Shown: positions 50,250-59,956, numbered from the stretch's first letter. The stretch: DNA of 64,000 nucleotides from an uncultured bacterium (GCA_937903605.1 CALCZC010000025.1:131275-195274); one strand, 5' to 3'. Translations and numbers: made by a program. The notes: generated by a model not told the origin, from the sequence alone.

Positions 50250-50736
50250 AGATTACAAAAATTGCAGAAATTGCAAAGATTGCAAAAATTAATAAAATAT
50301 TTATCTTTTATGTTCAAAATTTTTAATTAAATAGCTGCGAAAATGTGAAAGGTGTGAAGAAATATTATGTAATTCTTTTAATAATTCTTCAGCCTCTTTT
50401 TTGTTAATATAATCATTATCAAGCAAAATATAAACTATTGTTCTTACTTCACCAGCCGATCCTTTGGCTATATTTATAAAATTTGCAAATTCTTTATTAG
50501 ATGATCTTTCAAAACCTTCAGCAATATTTAACGGAACTGAATATGTTGCCCGCTTTAACTGATCACAAAGAGAAAAATCTCTCTTTAATCTTACGTTTTT
50601 ATCAATAAGCTTATAAATGTCTGAAACAAATTTTCTTGAAATTTGCCATACTGGAATATCCTCAAATTTTTTATAATACATACCTCCTTTTATTTAATTT
50701 CTGTTATTTTTGTAATATTTGTTATTTTTGTAATCT
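50250..50736. mobile_element. Four-helix-bundle gene cassette bounded by 41-bp inverted 9-mer arrays
   Basis: 50250-50290 versus reverse complement of 50696-50736: 32/41 identical, first 13 nt exact. Confidence 0.55.
50301..50681 (-). CDS. Four helix bundle protein (23S rRNA IVP / TIGR02436-like)
   Basis: FEDIPVWQ, DQLKRATYSVPLNIAEGFER, IAKGSAGEV. Confidence 0.93.
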   Translation of the reverse strand: MYYKKFEDIPVWQISRKFVSDIYKLIDKNVRLKRDFSLCDQLKRATYSVPLNIAEGFERSSNKEFANFINIAKGSAGEVRTIVYILLDNDYINKKEAEELLKELHNISSHLSHFRSYLIKNFEHKR

Positions 50737-50744
50737 CTTTGGTC

Positions 50745-51701
50745 TTACCCTCTGTAAATCAAGAAACTAATATACGCAACATACATCACTATAAAAGCAA
50801 CACCCTGCCAACGATCCAATCTTTTCTTGGTGCCGATAAACAAAAATAGAAATAATATCAAAGTGGCAATAATCTCAGCCAAAATATCAAAATTCATTCC
50901 TGAATTAAACGGCAAAGGTTTAATAGTAGAAGTAAGTCCTAAAATCCAAAAAATGTTGAAGATATTGGACCCGACGATATTACCCACGGCAATATCCGCT
51001 TGTTTGCGATAAGCGGCTACTGCAGAAGTTACAAGTTCAGGAAGAGATGTCCCGACCGCCACAATAGTCAAACCGATAAGCGCTTCGCTCATCCCGGCTA
51101 AACGCGCCAAAATAATAGCGTTATCCACTAAAATTTTACCGCCTAAAAATAACAAACCTATACCTGCTAAGAGAAAAATAATTGATCTGGCCCAAGTAAA
51201 AACTTGGACTTCTTCTTGTTCAACTGCTCCGTTTTTGGCTAAATTGAAAACATAATAAAGAAAAATAATAAATACCGCAATTAAAGCCAAACCATCCGTA
51301 CGAGTCAAAATATTTTCTCCCAAACCATCAAAGAAAATATCATTTCCCATAAACAAAATCATCCAACCGGCTAGGATAGCAAACGGGATTTCTTTCCAAG
51401 TCGTGCTTTCTTTGACTAAAAGCGGACAAATGAGGGCTGAAACTCCCAAAATCAAAAAAATATTTGAAATATTACTTCCAATAATATTACCTACCGCCAA
51501 ATCTGTCGCGCCTTTGAAAGCTGAAAAAATATTTACCACCAGCTCCGGCATAGATGTGCCAAAAGCAACCACAGTCAAACCAACGACTAATGTAGAGACT
51601 CCCCACTTTTTGGCCAACGATGCTGCACCTTTTACCAAATATTCACCGCCAAAAACTAACATTACCAAACCTATTATGAGTAAAAATATTGCCATGAACA
51701 T
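50745..51701 (-). CDS. Ca2+/Na+ antiporter (YrbG-like)
   Basis: Two alpha repeats: GTSMPE..GSNISN and GTSLPE..GSNIFN. Confidence 0.93.
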   Translation of the reverse strand: MFMAIFLLIIGLVMLVFGGEYLVKGAASLAKKWGVSTLVVGLTVVAFGTSMPELVVNIFSAFKGATDLAVGNIIGSNISNIFLILGVSALICPLLVKESTTWKEIPFAILAGWMILFMGNDIFFDGLGENILTRTDGLALIAVFIIFLYYVFNLAKNGAVEQEEVQVFTWARSIIFLLAGIGLLFLGGKILVDNAIILARLAGMSEALIGLTIVAVGTSLPELVTSAVAAYRKQADIAVGNIVGSNIFNIFWILGLTSTIKPLPFNSGMNFDILAEIIATLILFLFLFIGTKKRLDRWQGVAFIVMYVAYISFLIYRG

Positions 51702-51819
51702 ACGATAAGTTAAAAATTTAAAAAATAAAGATAATGGATATTGAATACTGGATATTAACCCGATGATATTTTTAATCCGCCTTCGCCCTCTGGGCTACGG
51801 ACGGACAAATATTCAATAT

Positions 51820-53064
51820 TTAATATTCAATATTAGCAATTTGGCTTCCCGCCAAATTGCCTGTACTCCAACAAACCTGCAAATTATAACCACCAGTTGG
51901 ACCATCAATATCCAAAATCTCTCCGACTAAATATAGATTTTCAATAATTTTGGAACGCATAGTTTGCGGATCAATTTCTTTGAGGTCAACCCCACCAGCG
52001 GTAATAATAGCTTTATCGAAACTATCCAGCGCTTTGATTTCCAGAGTAAAGCTTTTTAATAACTTGAGTAAATTTTTTCTTTCTTCACGCGAAATTGTGT
52101 TTACTTTTTTATCCGCTTGAATTCCTGATAATTTTACCATAACCGGGATTAATTTTGAAGGGCAAAGTTCAGCGAGATAATTTCTAAATATTTTAGCGCC
52201 AAACTCTTTGAAATCTTTTTGTAAACGATCGTCCAATTTTTTATCATCAAGTGCGGGTTTAAAATCAATTTTCAAATTTACATCTCCAGGCAACAACTCA
52301 CCTGCTGTTTTGCTCAAATCCAAAATTATCGGTCCGCTAAGCCCGTTGTCGGTAAATATCGCTTCACCAAATTCAGACTTTATTTTTTTATTGTTTTTAT
52401 AAATACCTATTTCTACATTTTTTAAACTCAAACCTTCCAATTCTTTTATCCATTTTTCTTTGACAATTATCGGTACCAACGCTGGACGGGGTGCAACAAC
52501 ATGATGACCAAGTTTTTGCAACCAACTATATCCATCTCCGGTAGAGCCAGTCATGGGGTATGATTTACCACCTGTGGCTATGATAAAATTATCAGCCACC
52601 AACTCTTGCCCATCGGATAAAACTATTTTTTCTATTTTCTTTCCTTTTTTGACAATATCTTTAACTTGCGCCTTGGTTTTTATTTCTACTTTGGATTCTT
52701 TTAGAAACTTTTTCAAAGCATTTAACACATCGATAGCTCTATCACTTTGTGGAAAAACTCTATTTCCTCTTTCTACTTTTACCCCTACACCATAATTTTC
52801 AAAAAAAGACATGGTATCCTCTACGTCAAATTTATTAAAAGCAGAAAAAAGAAATTTACCATTTACCCCATACTGCTTAACTAGTTCAGAAACTTTCAAA
52901 GTATGGTTGGTGATATTACATCTCCCCTTACCGGTAATCAATAATTTTGCTCCGAGGTTATGGTTTTTTTCAATCAAAAGAACACGGGCGCCATTTTGCC
53001 CCGCAATCCCAGCGGTCATCATACCTGATGGTCCTCCACCTATAACTATAATATCGTATTTCAT
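51820..53064 (-). CDS. HI0933/BaiN family flavoprotein
   Basis: GGGPSG, GKGRCNITN, ATGGKSYP, TGGYNLQ. Confidence 0.94.
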   Translation of the reverse strand: MKYDIIVIGGGPSGMMTAGIAGQNGARVLLIEKNHNLGAKLLITGKGRCNITNHTLKVSELVKQYGVNGKFLFSAFNKFDVEDTMSFFENYGVGVKVERGNRVFPQSDRAIDVLNALKKFLKESKVEIKTKAQVKDIVKKGKKIEKIVLSDGQELVADNFIIATGGKSYPMTGSTGDGYSWLQKLGHHVVAPRPALVPIIVKEKWIKELEGLSLKNVEIGIYKNNKKIKSEFGEAIFTDNGLSGPIILDLSKTAGELLPGDVNLKIDFKPALDDKKLDDRLQKDFKEFGAKIFRNYLAELCPSKLIPVMVKLSGIQADKKVNTISREERKNLLKLLKSFTLEIKALDSFDKAIITAGGVDLKEIDPQTMRSKIIENLYLVGEILDIDGPTGGYNLQVCWSTGNLAGSQIANIEY

Positions 53065-53123
53065 AGGAGTATTATACCAAAAAAATTATAAAATTTAAAG
53101 ATAAAAACCAATAAATCGGAATC

Positions 53124-53210
53124 TGTCATCCCCGCGAAGGCGGGGATCCAGGAAATGTTATAATTAACCACTGGATTCCCTCCGCCAGCTGGCGGATTGA
53201 CGGGAATGAT
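53124..53210. repeat. GTCAT/ATGAC-type REP inverted doublet
   Basis: TGTCATCCCCGCGAAGGCGGGGATCCAG ... CTGGATTCCC[insert]CGGGAATGAT. Confidence 0.8.
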
Positions 53211-53220
53211 AATAATAACA

Positions 53221-53247
53221 AAAAACCACCCTTACGAGTGGTTTTTA
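53221..53247 (-). terminator. Terminator after cold-shock gene
   Basis: AAAAACCAC...GTGGTTTTT. Confidence 0.65.
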
Positions 53248-53269
53248 TTATTTTTAAACAAATCTGAAA

Positions 53270-53470
53270 TTAAGCAAGTGTTACATTGATAGCGCGAGGA
53301 CCCTTATCGGATTCTTCGGTATCAAAACTAACTGCATCGCCAGCTTTCAAATCAGTGAAATTAACACCATTAAGAGCGGATTCGTGAAAGAAAATATCTT
53401 TCGCGCCACCTTCTGGAGTAATAAAACCGAAATGTTTATCAGCAATCAAGGTTTTAATTGTACCTGTCAT
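53270..53470 (-). CDS. Cold-shock protein
   Basis: KHFGFI (RNP1), IFFH (RNP2), KGPRA. Confidence 0.95.
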   Translation of the reverse strand: MTGTIKTLIADKHFGFITPEGGAKDIFFHESALNGVNFTDLKAGDAVSFDTEESDKGPRAINVTLA

Positions 53471-53662
53471 AGTGATAGAAATAAAGTGAATAGTTTACAA
53501 AACTTAGGCCGTTGTAAAGAAATTCGACTGTATTTCTACTACGGGATTTTGTGACTACAGTATAGCATATTTTGGCCATTTTGTCAAGTTGCAAATCTTT
53601 TTTATAAAAATAAAATCCGCCTGCAAAAAAGCAAACGGATATAAAATAATGAACATACTGTT

Positions 53663-54382
53663 CTATTCCATTTCTGTACCTGAACCAAGAATCAAAAAAA
53701 GATGATAGAATATTTTGGCAATAACATAAATAATCATCGCCAAAATCCAAACAAAGAAAAAACCTGTAGCCAACATCGCATTATTCAAATTCCTTGGAAT
53801 TCTATGGGCTTGATAAAATACTCCTCCGATAAGAAACGCCAAAATAAAGACGACCACCCATCGAAAAACAAAAAATTCAAAAAAAATATCGGGTTCTGTA
53901 AAGAAAATCGCGGCTGAAACCACAAACCCTAAAACACTCACGATAACGGTTGATCTCCAAGATTCATACAATTTGGGATACACGGCTCCAATGGTGGTAA
54001 AAACAAGGGTAATCAAAAGTGCATTAATAAATATATCCCTAAAAATTGGAGTGTAATAAACCACAAATCCGAAAAACATTGAGGACAAGAAGTAGCCAAA
54101 AATAGGTAATTTCTTTTGCCACCACAATAAATTTTCTTCCATACCGAGAAACATAAATTTTGCAGCAATCCATGGTGAAACAAGCGCTAAAAGCAAAGGT
54201 CCCAATTTAACAGAACTAATTTCTAATAAATCCGAAGGAAAAGCATTACTAGGGTATACAATAACTATCCAAAGAAACAAGAAAAATAATCCCAGAATTA
54301 AATAAAACATCCTCCTGTTCATTTCTGATTTTTCGCTGTTTTGCTTAAAAAATCCTTCTTTGTAGTAACTAAAGGTTTTCAT
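53663..54382 (-). CDS. Multi-TM membrane protein, possibly a divergent Bax-inhibitor-1/YccA type
   Basis: About seven hydrophobic segments; GAGGT SD; own TTGACT/TATCTT promoter. Confidence 0.55.
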   Translation of the reverse strand: MKTFSYYKEGFFKQNSEKSEMNRRMFYLILGLFFLFLWIVIVYPSNAFPSDLLEISSVKLGPLLLALVSPWIAAKFMFLGMEENLLWWQKKLPIFGYFLSSMFFGFVVYYTPIFRDIFINALLITLVFTTIGAVYPKLYESWRSTVIVSVLGFVVSAAIFFTEPDIFFEFFVFRWVVVFILAFLIGGVFYQAHRIPRNLNNAMLATGFFFVWILAMIIYVIAKIFYHLFLILGSGTEME

Positions 54383-54480
54383 TGGTTATACCTCTCGTAT
54401 GTAGTTAATAAAAAGAACACACTTGTAAGATACCAACTAATTATTAAATAGTCAAAAAAGTTAGTTTTGCTGGCTAATTA

Positions 54481-54509
54481 TTGACAAAAGTCCGAAATTG
54501 CGCTATTAT
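54481..54509 (+). promoter_or_regulatory. sigma70 promoter of the Cys-rich gene pair
   Basis: TTGACA-17-TATTAT. Confidence 0.7.
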
Positions 54510-54558
54510 ACGATGATTGTTCATTTTATAAACCACTAACGCAAATGGGAGGTGCGTT

Positions 54559-54756
54559 ATGGAAAACATTCCTAAAAAAGAAGATGACCGTTGTACCTGT
54601 CCGGCCAAGCATTCTTTGACCTGTTGTTGTATTTCTCTGCCTGGTCAAGGAAAGATGCTTTCTCCGTACTGTCCGGTATGCAACGAACGTCCGATGCCTT
54701 CTCCGGATTGTCCGTTGCATGGCGGACTTGCCTGCTATCCCAAAGATATCAATTAA
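54559..54756 (+). CDS. Cys-rich microprotein A
   Basis: GGAGGT SD; 9 Cys in 65 aa; paralog of the next gene. Confidence 0.75.
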   Translation: MENIPKKEDDRCTCPAKHSLTCCCISLPGQGKMLSPYCPVCNERPMPSPDCPLHGGLACYPKDIN

Positions 54757-54777
54757 CATTCATAAAGGAGGTACTTC

Positions 54778-55038
54778 ATGTGTCATGACAATTGCGAATG
54801 TGATGGAAGCTGTGGAGATGACTGCAGATGCAAAAGGTTGCAGCCGGTAACGGTCTACTGCACCTGTCCGGGACAAAACAGTGCGAACTGTTGTTGCCCG
54901 GATGACGATCTGAATCTCTGCTGTCCGCAGCACAACGAACGCCCCAAACCGGCATCAGATTGTCCACTGCACAAACATCTGGAATTCTTTCCGAGAAATG
55001 CGAAGAAGTCGATGATTAGATGGGTTCTCCCCAAATAA
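54778..55038 (+). CDS. Cys-rich microprotein B (metallothionein-like)
   Basis: AAGGAGGT SD; 14 Cys in 86 aa. Confidence 0.75.
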   Translation: MCHDNCECDGSCGDDCRCKRLQPVTVYCTCPGQNSANCCCPDDDLNLCCPQHNERPKPASDCPLHKHLEFFPRNAKKSMIRWVLPK

Positions 55039-55090
55039 TCTCTCTTTTTCGTAAAATTCAAACGGCCCACTCGCGTGAGCCGTTTTTTTT

Positions 55091-55152
55091 ACCCCGTGAA
55101 ATTTTGTCCGCCGTGGCGGACGAACCTGCCTTTGGCAGGATTTCACTGGGGT
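55091..55152. mobile_element. Miniature IR element of the GIY-YIG-IR family
   Basis: ACCCCGTGAAAT...ATTTCACTGGGGT with two internal GC hairpins. Confidence 0.65.
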
Positions 55153-55187
55153 AAATTCTTTTTCTTACCTGCTTACAAGCTTACTAG

Positions 55188-56279
55188 CTAATCAAGGTAT
55201 TTCGCCCCCAAAAATGTCGCTATAGGCATAGAAAGTGCCACCCCGATACTACCGGTTAATGTGCGGATAATTTCCGTGGCCACCATTTCGTTATTTATCG
55301 CCTGTGCAAAAGTCAAAGCTTCATTTTGCCCTAAAGTAAATAATATTAGTAATGGTAAAGATGCACCAGCATAAGTCAAAAATAAAGTATTTACTATCGC
55401 GCCCAGATGAGTATTACCCACTTCATAACCCATTTTGAAAACTTGCCAAAAAGGAAGATTTGGGTTAGCTTTTTTGATTTGTTTAACCGCTTCTATTTGT
55501 CCGATAACCACATCGTCAAGCACCCCAACCGCACCAATCAACATCCCAGCCAAAAGAAGCCCACGAAAATCTATCGCTTTTTCCCCTACTCCAATGAGAA
55601 AAACCGCTTCTTCATTAGCCAAACCGGTCAATTTACTCAAAGAAACAAAAAGCCAGGATAAAAATAAAGTTGCAACCAAAGAAATAAAAACACTTGCTAA
55701 TCCCAAATTTGATTTTCTATTTATCCCTTCAGTAATATAAATCATCGCCACTAAAATAAAAAACGAACCAAATAAACTGATAACAAGAGGATTGTTACCG
55801 CCGATAATTTGCGGTAAAATAAATTTCAAAATTATAAAAAAACTAACAATGAGCCCGAGCATGGCGCGCCAGCCTTTTTTCCCTCCTATCACGGCAATTA
55901 TCAACACAAATAAAAATGCTAGAAAGCCCAATTTACCCGAACGGACATAATCCATCACAAAAAATCTTTCTTCATCATCAAAATCAGCGATTTTTTGTAC
56001 CAAAACCTTATCTCCGACTTTATAAATATTACTGCCAGCAATATCAACTTCAGAAATTCCTAAATATTTTACTTCTTTATCTTTATAAAAACCCTCTGTC
56101 CCTAATAACAAAAGATTTTGTTGGATTTTTTGCGTACCATCACCTCTGTCTATTTGCTGTTCTTGTAAAATTTCAATAACTTTAGCTTGAAAAATATCTT
56201 CCGCGGTTTGCGCAAATACAAAAAACGGGCAAAAAAGTCCGACCAAAAGCATAATAACAAAAAACTTTTTTAAAAACAT
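55188..56279 (-). CDS. YibE/F family membrane protein
   Basis: DYVR, GAVGVLDDV, NTLFLTYAGASLP, EIIRTL. Confidence 0.92.
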   Translation of the reverse strand: MFLKKFFVIMLLVGLFCPFFVFAQTAEDIFQAKVIEILQEQQIDRGDGTQKIQQNLLLLGTEGFYKDKEVKYLGISEVDIAGSNIYKVGDKVLVQKIADFDDEERFFVMDYVRSGKLGFLAFLFVLIIAVIGGKKGWRAMLGLIVSFFIILKFILPQIIGGNNPLVISLFGSFFILVAMIYITEGINRKSNLGLASVFISLVATLFLSWLFVSLSKLTGLANEEAVFLIGVGEKAIDFRGLLLAGMLIGAVGVLDDVVIGQIEAVKQIKKANPNLPFWQVFKMGYEVGNTHLGAIVNTLFLTYAGASLPLLILFTLGQNEALTFAQAINNEMVATEIIRTLTGSIGVALSMPIATFLGAKYLD

Positions 56280-56281
56280 AT

Positions 56282-57499
56282 TTATCCAAACATCAAAAAT
56301 TCCGGTTTAAAAATCAACAAAAAGCCGATGATTACCATCAAAATACCGCCAATCAGATTGGAATATCTACTGTATTTACCGGATAGCACAGTCATCCGAA
56401 GAGTAATCATAGCGGCAAAAAATACTACCAAATCGTCGAGCATAAAAAAGAAAACATACCCGAGAATATATAGATAATATTGCCAAGTCGGTAAATTATT
56501 AAGCGCCAACACCTGCGTATAAATAGCCGGAAATCCTGCAGAACAAATAAGTTCCACCAAATTAACCATACCAGCTAAAAGCATAATTCCACCGAGCGCC
56601 AACCAAAAACTGTTGTGTTGAACCAACCCTTTCAGCTTAGCAAAAGTTTTTTGTTTTTCTTCTCCACCCGTCACTTTACAAGCTCCGTCTTTATTTTTCC
56701 AATATTCTCGCAAATGATAAAGTCCTCCACCCACAGCAAAAACAGCAATAGCGACACGAACCCAAATGATAAATCCCAAAAAAATAAGTAAATTTAACCA
56801 AGCCGCCATAAACATGAAATAAACGGCGGCTGAAGAAACAATGAATGCGGTTCCTAAAATAAACATCCTTTTACGATTTTGCATCCCGAGTAACAAACTG
56901 ATAAGAAACACCAAAACCCACATAGCACAAGGATTGAAACCGTCCAAAATACCGATAATAACAGTGAGCGCTGGCAAAGAAAAATCCATCGCATCAATTT
57001 TACCCAAAAAAGGCACATCGATAATCTTTTTTTCTTTTTCCTCATCTTTTGGAAGCTGTTCTTCTGAAGTTGGCTCTTTTGTTACGCCGACAATTTCTCC
57101 TACGCTATCTGGGCATTTTTTCCTACCACATTCTTCTATCCTATTGGCAAGTTCCGACGGTGACATGGTTTCCAAAAAACCGACAAAAGTTTTATCACCG
57201 ATGATAGTAAAAGGCACACCATCCACTCGTGCGCCAAGTTTTTTTCCAATCTGTTGCAAATAATTCATGTTTTGAAAATTGGTATAAACTTCAAAACTAT
57301 GCACGCGTAAATATGAATACTTGGTTTGAAAATATTTCAATAATTCTTCTTCTTTGGCACAATGAGGACATCCCTTGCCCCAAAAGAAATATAAATTAAC
57401 TTCTTCTTGAGCGGAAGCAGTCGGTGTCAAAAATAAACCAAAAATAGTAATAAATGTAATAACAATTAATTTAGCGACATTTTTTTGTAAAAAATTCAT
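56282..57499 (-). CDS. Glutaredoxin-like domain fused to a CcdA/DsbD-like membrane domain
   Basis: CPHC, GVP, DGFNPCA, ELICSAGFP. Confidence 0.85.
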   Translation of the reverse strand: MNFLQKNVAKLIVITFITIFGLFLTPTASAQEEVNLYFFWGKGCPHCAKEEELLKYFQTKYSYLRVHSFEVYTNFQNMNYLQQIGKKLGARVDGVPFTIIGDKTFVGFLETMSPSELANRIEECGRKKCPDSVGEIVGVTKEPTSEEQLPKDEEKEKKIIDVPFLGKIDAMDFSLPALTVIIGILDGFNPCAMWVLVFLISLLLGMQNRKRMFILGTAFIVSSAAVYFMFMAAWLNLLIFLGFIIWVRVAIAVFAVGGGLYHLREYWKNKDGACKVTGGEEKQKTFAKLKGLVQHNSFWLALGGIMLLAGMVNLVELICSAGFPAIYTQVLALNNLPTWQYYLYILGYVFFFMLDDLVVFFAAMITLRMTVLSGKYSRYSNLIGGILMVIIGFLLIFKPEFLMFG

Positions 57500-57686
57500 A
57501 AATCTAAAATCAAAAATATTTATTGATAGTTTATCATATTAATTCTTTTTTTCCAAGAGTCCCAAATTTGGCTTATCTATCCCCAATTTAACCTTGACTT
57601 TTTGGCTAAAAAGTGTTATTTTTAAAGCCGGTTTAAAAAAATTGTACCTTGACAATATTATCAATCATCATCAAAAGGAGACTCTG

Positions 57687-59873
57687 ATGACAAACTGGAT
57701 TATTTGGGCTGTACTTGTCTGCGCCGTTATCGCTCTGTTTTTTGCTTGGAAATTTTTTCAAGCAATGAAAAAAGAAAAGGAAGATGAACGAACAAAAAAC
57801 ATTGCATTGTACATCAGAGAAGGGGCTATGGCTTATCTGCGTCAGCAGTATAAAATAGTCGGACCTTTTTTGATCGTGTTGGCAATAATTTTTGCCGTAA
57901 TGGCATACTTTGGATTGCAAAATCCTTGGGTGCCGTTTGCTTTTTTGACCGGAGGATTTTTCTCCGGTTTAGCCGGGTTCTTTGGGATGAAGACTGCTAC
58001 CTACGCGAATTCTCGCGCAGCTAGTGCAGCCACTGTATCTTTAAACAAAGGGTTACAAGTTTCGTTCCGCTCAGGAGCGGTGATGGGATTGGTGGTTGTA
58101 GGACTGGGATTATTGGATATAGCAGTTTGGTTTATGGTTTTAAGCCATTTTTATTCTTATCTGCAGGATCCGCATAATCTCATAATTATCACAACAACAA
58201 TGCTAACTTTTGGTATGGGTGCTTCCACTCAAGCGCTTTTTGCGCGTGTGGGCGGAGGTATTTACACCAAAGCTGCAGATGTTGGTGCTGACCTTGTGGG
58301 TAAAGTTGAAGCCGGGATTCCCGAAGATGATCCTCGTAACCCGGCAACCATTGCTGACAATGTCGGTGATAATGTTGGTGATGTAGCTGGGATGGGTGCC
58401 GATCTCTATGAGAGTTATTGCGGAAGTATTTTGGCTACCGCAGCTCTGGGAGCAGTGGCTTTTCAAGCTGATACCACCATGCAACTGAGGGCGGTTTTGG
58501 CACCGATGATTATCGCTGCTATTGGTATATGTCTTTCAATCTTTGGAGTTTATACAGTGAAAACTGCAGAAAATTCTACGATGAAACAGTTACTTTCCGC
58601 TTTAAACCGCGGTACATTTCTCTCATCAATCCTGGTTGCGATTTTTACTTTCGTGTCTTTATTTTTTCTCGGACTGCATAACTGGATAGGTGTTTCTTTT
58701 TCCGTTGTCATTGGACTTGTGGCTGGAGTTATCATCGGTCAAGCGACTGAATACTATACTTCGCATAGCTACGCTCCGGTAAAAGCAGTAGCTGAAAGTT
58801 CCAAAACTGGCCCGGCAACAGTTATCATCGCCGGTCTAGGGTTAGGAATGAATTCAGTATCTATTCCAGTGTTGACAGTTACATCTGCTGTTATTTTGAG
58901 TTTTCTATCTGCGATAAACTTTGATGTAGCCAATATGTTGACTGCTGTGAATTTAAATACCGGACTTTATGGTATCGGTATAGCAGCAGTTGGCATGCTT
59001 TCTACTCTGGGTTTTACTTTGGCTACAGACGCTTTTGGTCCTATAGCGGACAATGCCGGTGGTATTGCCGAGATGGCCGAACTGGGTAGCGAAGTTCGTA
59101 AAAGAACCGATGCGCTGGATGCACTGGGAAATACTACAGCCGCGACTGGTAAAGGCTTTGCCATAGGTTCAGCCGGCTTAACCGCACTGGCACTCTTGGC
59201 CGCTTATCTGGAAGAAGTGAAAATTGCTCTTATTCGCGATGGTCAAACTTTTATCGGAGAAATTCCAATAAAAGACGCTGGTATTTTGGATTTTATACAA
59301 CACTTCCAAATACACTTGATGAACCCTAAGGTTTTGGCCGGAGCGTTTATAGGTTCGATGCTGTGCTTTGTATTTTCTGGAATCACCATGAACGCTGTTG
59401 GTAGAGCTGCCGGAAGCATGGTAGATGAAGTCCGCCGTCAATTCCGGGAAATCCCCGGAATATTGGAGGGTGCGAGTAAGCCTGATTATGCGCGTTGCGT
59501 GGCAATATCCACCAAAGGTGCACAGAAAGAAATGCTCTTTCCTTCATTTTTGGCTATAGTCACCCCGGTTTTTGTTACTGTAATTTTTGGAGTAGCCGGA
59601 GTAATGGGGCTTTTGGTCGGAACACTTTCCACTGGCTTTATTTTGGCTGTATTTATGGCTAATGCCGGCGGAGCATGGGACAACGCCAAAAAATACATCG
59701 AGGAAGGCAACCTTGGTGGAAAAGGTAGTAATAATCACAAAGCTACCGTTGTCGGCGATACGGTCGGAGATCCTTTCAAGGACACCTCCGGACCAAGTTT
59801 AAACATACTCATCAAGCTGGTGAGTATGGTCAGTATCGTCATGGTCGGACTCACAACCTTTTCGATACTTTAA
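57687..59873 (+). CDS. hppA: Membrane ion-translocating pyrophosphatase (K+-dependent type)
   Basis: [35 protein letters not shown]; start at MTNWII with AAGGAG SD. Confidence 0.96.
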   Translation: MTNWIIWAVLVCAVIALFFAWKFFQAMKKEKEDERTKNIALYIREGAMAYLRQQYKIVGPFLIVLAIIFAVMAYFGLQNPWVPFAFLTGGFFSGLAGFFGMKTATYANSRAASAATVSLNKGLQVSFRSGAVMGLVVVGLGLLDIAVWFMVLSHFYSYLQDPHNLIIITTTMLTFGMGASTQALFARVGGGIYTKAADVGADLVGKVEAGIPEDDPRNPATIADNVGDNVGDVAGMGADLYESYCGSILATAALGAVAFQADTTMQLRAVLAPMIIAAIGICLSIFGVYTVKTAENSTMKQLLSALNRGTFLSSILVAIFTFVSLFFLGLHNWIGVSFSVVIGLVAGVIIGQATEYYTSHSYAPVKAVAESSKTGPATVIIAGLGLGMNSVSIPVLTVTSAVILSFLSAINFDVANMLTAVNLNTGLYGIGIAAVGMLSTLGFTLATDAFGPIADNAGGIAEMAELGSEVRKRTDALDALGNTTAATGKGFAIGSAGLTALALLAAYLEEVKIALIRDGQTFIGEIPIKDAGILDFIQHFQIHLMNPKVLAGAFIGSMLCFVFSGITMNAVGRAAGSMVDEVRRQFREIPGILEGASKPDYARCVAISTKGAQKEMLFPSFLAIVTPVFVTVIFGVAGVMGLLVGTLSTGFILAVFMANAGGAWDNAKKYIEEGNLGGKGSNNHKATVVGDTVGDPFKDTSGPSLNILIKLVSMVSIVMVGLTTFSIL

Positions 59874-59956
59874 AATTTTGTTCTTTAAAACCGCCTGTTT
59901 TCACAGGCGGTTTTTTTATTTGCTAAAAATTATAAAATAAATTATTATTATATCGT

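Noticed and set aside
50237-50317. Cys-rich N-terminal extension FCNLCNFCNFCNL of ORF 49817-50317 (also NFCNLCNL in ORF 624-815)
   Set aside because: Translation of the 9-mer DNA array, not a metal-binding motif
50301-50681. Diversity-generating retroelement (Avd-like gene)
   Set aside because: No reverse transcriptase or TR/VR pair visible in the window
54526-55146. Several overlapping ORFs around the Cys-rich pair
   Set aside because: Only the two plus-strand frames have SDs and mutual protein-level similarity
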